From NCBI GenBank assembly GCA_008080745.1, contig SHMX01000003.1, positions 300,001 to 332,000 on the forward strand: 32,000 nt of DNA. The letters run 5' to 3'. Source of the DNA: Candidatus Thorarchaeota archaeon (GTDB lineage Archaea > Asgardarchaeota > Thorarchaeia > Thorarchaeales > Thorarchaeaceae). Below, piece after piece: positions 25,718 to 32,000 of this stretch (positions are counted from its first letter, which is position 1; each line of letters begins with the position of its first letter). Made by a program: the position numbers and the translations under genes. The notes under the pieces are model-generated. The model saw only the letters and a list, made by a program, of their open reading frames with translations. It had not been told where the DNA came from and did not search any database.

Positions 25718-26707
25718 ATGACAGGAACATGGGCTTTGAACCTTTTTGACAGACTCCATATAGGTCATCAAGTGTTAATAGATATCCTTCATGAGATGCC
25801 AGAACCAGTGGCGTGTGTTAATGGAGGGGAGCTTATTGGAAAGGAATTAGAATATGGAACCCTCATCCAACCTGTTGATATCAGAGAGAAGGCTCTTAGG
25901 AGATACCTGAAGCAAGTCGAACTAGATAAGACAATCCAAGTTAGGACTATCACCAAGTTTGAAGAATTTCTTGAAATACCGGATTCAACTACCTTCGTCA
26001 TGTTTCAGGGACCTTGTTGTATGGAAATTGAGGAGAGAGGTCTCGAACTACGCGCAGAGAAGTTACCAGTCTCAGACTCTGTGAAATATGTTAAACCAGT
26101 TCGGGCTGCCGATGGTGACAAAATTTCATCAGCCCGAATAAGAAAAGGTGAAGTGGATCGGAAAGGTCGCGTTCTTGCAGGTACCTCAGAGCCCCCTCGA
26201 TTGTTGAAAGAAACTCGACGAAAAGATCTCAAGGCACCAAAAGGAGATATCTTCAGTGTCAAAGAGGGTAAGCCAGAAACCGCAGTAGTGAATCGAATAA
26301 AAGACGAGCAACCAACTATGGTCATCAGTATTGGAGATGTTACAACTGCCACACTGATGGAAGAGGGTTATACACCAAAGGTCAGAGTAATTGATGGCAT
26401 AACAAAACGCGGAGAATTTGAGAAAGAATTTCATTCCGAACTAGAATACAGAATCTATAATCCTGCTGCGGCAATATATCCTGAGGCATGGTCGGTTATG
26501 AAAACGGCAATTGAAATAGACGAACACTCGCTAATTAAAGTTGAAGGAGAAGAAGATCTAATGGGATTTCCAGCGGCACTTCTTGCTCCTCTTGGGTCAG
26601 TGATGCTCTATGGACAGCCCGATGTTGGGATAGTGTGGGTGCCTGTCACTCAAGAAAATAAAGACCGAGCCAGGAATCTTCTTGACGATATGGAAACCAT
26701 CTCATGA
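25718..26707 (+). CDS. Fusion of phosphopantetheine adenylyltransferase-like and DUF359 GTP-dependent dephospho-CoA kinase domains
   Basis: N-terminal FDRLHIGH (HxGH) and DGDKISSARIRKGEVDRKG; C-terminal IGDVTT, DGITKR, NPAAAI, VEGEEDL, YGQPDVG. ATG 25718 preferred; the track start is 25652. Confidence 0.85.
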   Translation: MTGTWALNLFDRLHIGHQVLIDILHEMPEPVACVNGGELIGKELEYGTLIQPVDIREKALRRYLKQVELDKTIQVRTITKFEEFLEIPDSTTFVMFQGPCCMEIEERGLELRAEKLPVSDSVKYVKPVRAADGDKISSARIRKGEVDRKGRVLAGTSEPPRLLKETRRKDLKAPKGDIFSVKEGKPETAVVNRIKDEQPTMVISIGDVTTATLMEEGYTPKVRVIDGITKRGEFEKEFHSELEYRIYNPAAAIYPEAWSVMKTAIEIDEHSLIKVEGEEDLMGFPAALLAPLGSVMLYGQPDVGIVWVPVTQENKDRARNLLDDMETIS

Positions 26708-28210
26708 TTCCATGGCAGAATGAATGTGCTCAATGCAATCGGTTGCCATCAGATGATTGCCCAGTTTTTTAGATGCAATCTCACCGGCTCGTCCCGATAT
26801 AAACGCAGCAGCGCATGCTGATTGGAATGCAGACTTCCGAGCCAATAGAGCTGCTGTTATCCCTGTGAGGACATCCCCCGTTCCACCAACAGTCATCGCA
26901 GGTACTCCAGTTCTATTGAATCGATATCGATTATCCGGAGATGCTATGATATCTTGATGACCCTTAAGCAAAATCATGGCATTGAATAGCTCTGCTGCTT
27001 CTTTTGCATATTCAAGTCGTTCTTCTGGATCATGGGTAGTGCCAAGATCCTTTTCTAAAATTACTCCTAGTTCACCCCAATGAGGTGTTAGAACAGCTCT
27101 ATCTGAATCTAGATTTAGACCTGATCCAGCAAGACATTTTAATCCATCAGCATCAATCACTAAACACTTTGTTTTATCAATCTCCTGAAGTAATTGAATT
27201 ACCGCGTCTCTAGTTTTGGTTGCTCTTCCTAGACCTGGGCCAAGTGCAATAACATCATTAGACTCGACCAAAAGCAGTGCCGTCTTTAGCGATTCAGGAG
27301 AAAAGATAGTTGTTTCTGTGGAGGTCACCATCAGATTTGGCGAGTAGTTTCGTATTGTCGATGCCACGGGTTCTGGAGCAAGAACACTGACAAGATCAGC
27401 TCCGGTCCTTAATGCTGCCAGGCCAGTCAGAGTTGGCGCACCGGAATAGACATCACTTCCCCCGATTACTAGTATTCGGCCAAAGTCACCTTTATGTGAA
27501 GTGGCTTTCCGTGGTCCGACAAAGAGAGATAAATCTCCAGGTCCACAGATATAACTAGCCTCTAAGGGTATGCCGATTGATACAACATGCACTTCTCCAG
27601 CATGTTCACTCGCTTTAGATAATCCAGTTTTTTCTGCATGAAGCGTAATCGTGACATCCGCTTTAACAGCATCCCCATGAATCTTTCCAGTATCAGAATC
27701 AACACCGGTTGGTAAATCAATAGAATATTTTTTTGCGGGTGAATCATTAAACGCTTTCACAGCGGTACGGATGGGCTCTCGCAGAGTAGAATGAACTCCA
27801 AACCCTAACAGTGCATCAATTAGGATATCACAATCTTTGATTGCTCTACAGGATTTAATTGCACTTTCAGTTTTTAATGCCTCATTTGGAATTGTGTCTA
27901 GATTCTCCAGTATACTCCAGTTCGTTTGTGCATCCGAGCTCGCAATCCGATCCTTAGAGCCAACAAGATAGACACTTACAATTGCACCAGCTTCTTGAAG
28001 ATACCGAGCCGCAACCATTCCATCTCCACCATTGCCGCCCAATCCACACAGAATGGTTACCCTTTTACCCTCAATCGACTCGGTGTCAACTATTATACGC
28101 GCAACTTCTCTTCCTGCATTTTGCATGAGCATGCTTAGAGTGACACCAAGATATTGGGAGTTCAGTTCTAATACACGCATTTCTTCTGTGGTCATAGGTG
28201 AAGATCTCAT
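26702..28210 (-). CDS. nnr: Bifunctional NAD(P)H-hydrate epimerase/dehydratase
   Basis: LMQNAG, CGLGGNGGDG, DALLGFG, SIDLPTG, HKGDFG, YSGAP, GPGLG, IDADG, TPHWGE, GGTGDVLTG. Confidence 0.95.
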   Translation of the reverse strand: MRSSPMTTEEMRVLELNSQYLGVTLSMLMQNAGREVARIIVDTESIEGKRVTILCGLGGNGGDGMVAARYLQEAGAIVSVYLVGSKDRIASSDAQTNWSILENLDTIPNEALKTESAIKSCRAIKDCDILIDALLGFGVHSTLREPIRTAVKAFNDSPAKKYSIDLPTGVDSDTGKIHGDAVKADVTITLHAEKTGLSKASEHAGEVHVVSIGIPLEASYICGPGDLSLFVGPRKATSHKGDFGRILVIGGSDVYSGAPTLTGLAALRTGADLVSVLAPEPVASTIRNYSPNLMVTSTETTIFSPESLKTALLLVESNDVIALGPGLGRATKTRDAVIQLLQEIDKTKCLVIDADGLKCLAGSGLNLDSDRAVLTPHWGELGVILEKDLGTTHDPEERLEYAKEAAELFNAMILLKGHQDIIASPDNRYRFNRTGVPAMTVGGTGDVLTGITAALLARKSAFQSACAAAFISGRAGEIASKKLGNHLMATDCIEHIHSAMES

Positions 28211-28276
28211 GATGGAATCACAAATAAGCTGAATATCCCACCTAATGAATCCTTACTCTATCCAATGAGCGAAATT

Positions 28277-30115
28277 CTAAGATTCGTTCTCAGGAAGTTC
28301 TTCTATCAAATCGTTAACTACTTGTTCCAAGAAGGCACCCTGTAGTTCTGATTTATCGACACCTCTCTTCATAACATCGTCAGCTGTTTCCAATTCAATA
28401 GATATACCTATCAAATTGGCTAAAGTACCCATAATATCATTATACTGGGTAAGAACTTTTTCAACCTGTTCTTTCCCACCTTGATTGATTGATAATGCGA
28501 CCAATAGTTTCCATCCCACTACTTGCAGAGGATCCTTCTCAACTGCTTGTTCCAAACACTCACGAGCATTAAACCATCTTCCTAAGGACATGTATATTCT
28601 CGCATTTCCTATCAATTGATTAGTTGTTGTAGGAGAATCAACCAAGCAGTTCTCCAACATCTTGTTTGCTTCTGTAGTGCTACCTTGATTCTTGAATTCA
28701 TTAGCTAGATAAATGACCGAATCTACAACTCCTTCTTTGGCACCAATCCTAAAGCTCTCAATTGCCCCTTCGTAATTCCCAAGGATAAGACGTGTTCTTC
28801 CAAGTACTGCATGCCATTTCCGCATACGAGGGTCACTTTTGAGAATGCCCAGTGTTACCTCTTCCAGTTGCGAATAATCGTTTTCTCTAGAGCACCATGA
28901 AGCAAGATGTGCTCGACTCTGAATTGTAATCGCTTTATTGCGAGCAAGTGTTGCATGTTTATCCGCCATTTCTTGCATACCCATCTTCTCAGCTAGTTCA
29001 GCTATCATAAAATGGCTCACAGCATCCTCTAGCTTCAGTTCATCCATATCTGACACAGCTTGGTAAGCTGCTTCAAAATCTCCATTTGAAATTAATGTGT
29101 TCACTAGAGTTTCTCTCAGCTTAATATGTTCAGGATTTCGTGATATGGCATCCCGTAGCTCATCCAGGGTATAGCTTTCTCTTGTTGTGGGAGTACCACT
29201 TGTCATGTCAAGTAGTTTGAGGATAGGATCTTCACCTCGTTCTTCTTGTAATTGCGTTTTTAGCATGACTGCTTTCATAGGTTGTTTCGAAGAGATATAG
29301 TATAACAATAGAGAGTTTGTTACAAGTTGATTTTCTGGATCGTATGCTGAAGCTATATCAATCAGTTCCTTCATGCGTGCCAGATTATCTGTATTTACAT
29401 ACCTCATAGCTAGAAAACAAATCACACCAAGATTTGCATCATCTTCTAGAATAATCTCTTCCATTTTCTGTACGATATCTCTACTGTATTCCGAGTCCGA
29501 TAACACACCCAAAGCGCGTCTTATGTTGTCAGGGGTTTCTTGGTTTAGTAACGAGATTGCGTTTTCATATGCCTTTTTGGCTCTGTCAGAATCTGTATTT
29601 TCAATCAATGAGAATAGAACCGCCCAGTTAAGAGCAGATTGGGGGTTTGATTCTATCCCTCGCTCTGCAATAGAAAGAGCTTCTGGTCCAGATTGACTTT
29701 TCATCAGGTTGCAGAAAACGTGTACCGCCCAGGGAAACCCGGGGTCAATCTGTAACGCTTTACCAACGAGGTCCAATGCTAATTGAGAGTTCATCTGATG
29801 CCCCCTTACGACGGCAAGTCCTGTAAGGAGAGAGGGGTTTTCTGAATCTAAGTCGATAGCACGTTGGTAAATTTGTGCTGCTTCTGTTAGGTGCCGGTCA
29901 CGATTGAGAACTTTACCAAAAGAATCAAGGACCCTCACATTATTCGGGTCGAGTTTAAGAGCATTCTCCAAAGCGATTCTTGCATAAGAAGTCACATATC
30001 GCCCTATTGCATATTCACCTAGTTCAATCCATTTATCGATATTAGATGGATCATTCTCTGCGTTTGCTAAGAGTTGCTTAAGTTGATATACGCCCAAACT
30101 TATCACTCCCATCAT
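28277..30115 (-). CDS. Tetratricopeptide repeat protein
   Basis: Repeated TPR signatures (ALKLDPNN, AIDLDSEN, ALQIDPGF, GNYEGAIESF, AVEKDPLQ). Confidence 0.85.
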   Translation of the reverse strand: MMGVISLGVYQLKQLLANAENDPSNIDKWIELGEYAIGRYVTSYARIALENALKLDPNNVRVLDSFGKVLNRDRHLTEAAQIYQRAIDLDSENPSLLTGLAVVRGHQMNSQLALDLVGKALQIDPGFPWAVHVFCNLMKSQSGPEALSIAERGIESNPQSALNWAVLFSLIENTDSDRAKKAYENAISLLNQETPDNIRRALGVLSDSEYSRDIVQKMEEIILEDDANLGVICFLAMRYVNTDNLARMKELIDIASAYDPENQLVTNSLLLYYISSKQPMKAVMLKTQLQEERGEDPILKLLDMTSGTPTTRESYTLDELRDAISRNPEHIKLRETLVNTLISNGDFEAAYQAVSDMDELKLEDAVSHFMIAELAEKMGMQEMADKHATLARNKAITIQSRAHLASWCSRENDYSQLEEVTLGILKSDPRMRKWHAVLGRTRLILGNYEGAIESFRIGAKEGVVDSVIYLANEFKNQGSTTEANKMLENCLVDSPTTTNQLIGNARIYMSLGRWFNARECLEQAVEKDPLQVVGWKLLVALSINQGGKEQVEKVLTQYNDIMGTLANLIGISIELETADDVMKRGVDKSELQGAFLEQVVNDLIEELPENES

Positions 30116-30151
30116 TCTAATTTACTAATTCATATATAATCTCAACGGATT

Positions 30152-32000
30152 TCAAACCCAAAAATCTTGAGAGGGTAGACAAGCCTCACCCTCATAGGTT
30201 CTGATAGCATTAATAACTTTTGATGATTTATCAGACTTCAACTGTTCGATCAGCGGTTCATATTCCGGAATTCTGTAAGTAATCATGGTTCTGCCAGAAG
30301 CAATCCTTACTACCGGACTCTCATCATCCAGAGCTGGTTGAATATGGGAAATCATCGCTGGATCTTTGCGACATATGAGCCAAATATAAGCTAATGAACG
30401 CTCCAATACTCTCTCTGCTTTGGTCCACAAGATAATCGCCTCATCAGCTTTTGGATGAGCAAATTGACCAATCATTCCAATCTTTGACATTATGAGAGTA
30501 GGTTCATCTGATACATCAATCTTAATCAGAGCTTCCAGAGCAGGGAGATCAATTTCTCCAAGTGCCTCTATTGCGTATCTTCTTATTTCGAGGGAACCTG
30601 TTTCTGCTAATAATGATAAAGCATCCACCGCTAATGGAGAAAAGGTGAGGCCTAGTGCCCTCGTAGCTGCTTTGATTGCTCCGTCCTTGTCTGCGGTGCT
30701 GATATCACGTCGCTCAAACATCTGTTCAATATTACCCGCAAGTTGTTTCTTAAGATAGGTATCAGAGATTCCTGGAAGTTGTTTTCTCAATAGAATAGAT
30801 ATGAAATGCAATAATGGTTCTACAGAAATACTTCCTAACTTAGCTAGAGCATCAGTTGTGTTCTCCCGAAAATGATTCACCATTTTTTTCAGCATGTTTT
30901 TTTCTTCTTCTCTAGTGACAAACTGCATTAAGGTTGAGAGCAGAGGATTTCCGGACCTTGAAAAGGTAAGTCGGTCTGCTATCAACCTATCAAGTAGAGT
31001 TGGAATGACAAGAGTTGAGTGAGTTAGACCGAGAATATGAGAGAAGAGGCTGAATATCCTGTCTCCAGAACGTTCCTTGGATAATACAATTCTAACTGCT
31101 TCATCAGTTCCCAGATGACATAGGGCGGTGAGTGCTGCTACAACCTCATCCTCCGTTCCACCTCCAAGCATTTTCTCAGCATTTGATAGTGTCGTGTTAG
31201 AGCCAATCTTTCCGAGGCTTACAATTGCCTTTTGACGAACCTTAGATTTATCTGAATCAAATAGACGAAGTAGAGTTTCTTCTGCTCCAGAAATATGCAA
31301 ATCGCCCAATTTTTCTGCGATAATCTCTTGGATTTCTGGATCATCTCTCTTTGATACATTATCCAGAACTCCCAACCAAACCGAATGTGAGTTCCTTTCA
31401 ATCTCATTGAGCCCCCTTCTAACTACCGTAAAATCAGCATCCAGTGCTTGTAGAAGAGAAATCAAAAGTTCTCTTTTACGAGGTTTGAATTTAAGAAAAG
31501 TAGTAGAATAATCAAATGCGTGAGAATATCCCATCTCCACAGTAAAACAATCAATATCGTTTTTTGAAATCAGACCGATATCATGAAAAGTTTCGATAAT
31601 TCGTTCTATCTCGTATCTAGTCACTTTTGAGCCATATCCTGAGGTGATTAGGATTCTAAAAGCTGTAGGATGCATGAACAGTTCAGAGATATCATATAGG
31701 TCGTCCTTACCAATCCCTATACGTGTTCCTTCAAGCGGGGTTAATAGTAAATCCAAGAATTTGGGTAAAGCCTTGGCCAGACGTGTCTGCCGGATTACGG
31801 TTATATCAAATAGAAATACATCATTGAACTCCAGATGTTTTTCAAGTTCAGGCAGGAGGATATCAATAATTGCTTCTCGCCCCTCTTTCCAATTGGTAGA
31901 TTTCTTCCGTAGTAATCGAAGGACTTCAAACCAGTCACAATCAAGTCCTTCAAGGCCCTCTATCTCGAAGGCGTGAAATATAGCATCTTGAAACTTCGCC
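30152..32000 (-). CDS. HEAT/PBS-lyase repeat protein; 5' end lies beyond the window
   Basis: HEAT-like units (VRQKAIVSLGKIG, VVAALTALCHLG, IRRYAIEALGEI, VRIASGRT). The frame stays open from 31756 to the window edge (AKFQDAIFHAFEIEGLEGLDCDWFEVL...KALPKF), so the track start at 31756 is not the true start. Confidence 0.85.
   Translation of the reverse strand, partial: AKFQDAIFHAFEIEGLEGLDCDWFEVLRLLRKKSTNWKEGREAIIDILLPELEKHLEFNDVFLFDITVIRQTRLAKALPKFLDLLLTPLEGTRIGIGKDDLYDISELFMHPTAFRILITSGYGSKVTRYEIERIIETFHDIGLISKNDIDCFTVEMGYSHAFDYSTTFLKFKPRKRELLISLLQALDADFTVVRRGLNEIERNSHSVWLGVLDNVSKRDDPEIQEIIAEKLGDLHISGAEETLLRLFDSDKSKVRQKAIVSLGKIGSNTTLSNAEKMLGGGTEDEVVAALTALCHLGTDEAVRIVLSKERSGDRIFSLFSHILGLTHSTLVIPTLLDRLIADRLTFSRSGNPLLSTLMQFVTREEEKNMLKKMVNHFRENTTDALAKLGSISVEPLLHFISILLRKQLPGISDTYLKKQLAGNIEQMFERRDISTADKDGAIKAATRALGLTFSPLAVDALSLLAETGSLEIRRYAIEALGEIDLPALEALIKIDVSDEPTLIMSKIGMIGQFAHPKADEAIILWTKAERVLERSLAYIWLICRKDPAMISHIQPALDDESPVVRIASGRTMITYRIPEYEPLIEQLKSDKSSKVINAIRTYEGEACLPSQDFWV

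Noticed and set aside
133-31976. Many 60-133 aa ORFs in the track that overlap larger genes, mostly antisense (e.g. 732-992, 12081-12482, 13543-13917, 23170-23553, 31644-31976)
   Set aside because: They are shadows of well-supported genes on another frame or strand, have Ser/Arg-rich non-protein-like composition and show no motifs

Overview
Archaeal genomic window, densely coding. An Asgard (Thorarchaeia-like) origin is inferred from a group II chaperonin, the HMG-CoA synthase/thiolase/DUF35 trio, a DUF359-type dephospho-CoA kinase and a 24-aa LRR protein; this is not proven. The left third is a minus-strand TCA cluster (sdhB partial, sdhA, fumC, 2-oxoacid:ferredoxin oxidoreductase beta and alpha). 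An MvaI-like type II restriction-modification pair interrupts it, and the endonuclease ORF is bracketed exactly by a 15/16-identical palindromic direct repeat. The middle holds a CLC channel/antiporter with CBS domains, an orphan ORF, a stand-alone V4R-like protein, an LRR protein, the thermosome (repeated operator-like motifs and a 5' hairpin upstream), a P-loop NTPase and thioredoxin reductase. A run of poorly characterised plus-strand genes follows: a membrane-anchored extracellular prenyltransferase-fold protein, an apparently catalytically dead HerA/VirB4-like ATPase with an acidic insert, an AbrB-ACT-like Cys protein and an AsnB-like enzyme without the glutaminase Cys, which converges on a GG-ending ubiquitin-like protein. 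The right part has the mevalonate entry trio, a metallophosphoesterase, a PPAT-DPCK fusion, Nnr, a TPR protein and a 5'-truncated HEAT-repeat protein. I saw no rRNA, tRNA, CRISPR array, integrase or transposase. All family calls come from motif recognition by eye; no database search was run.
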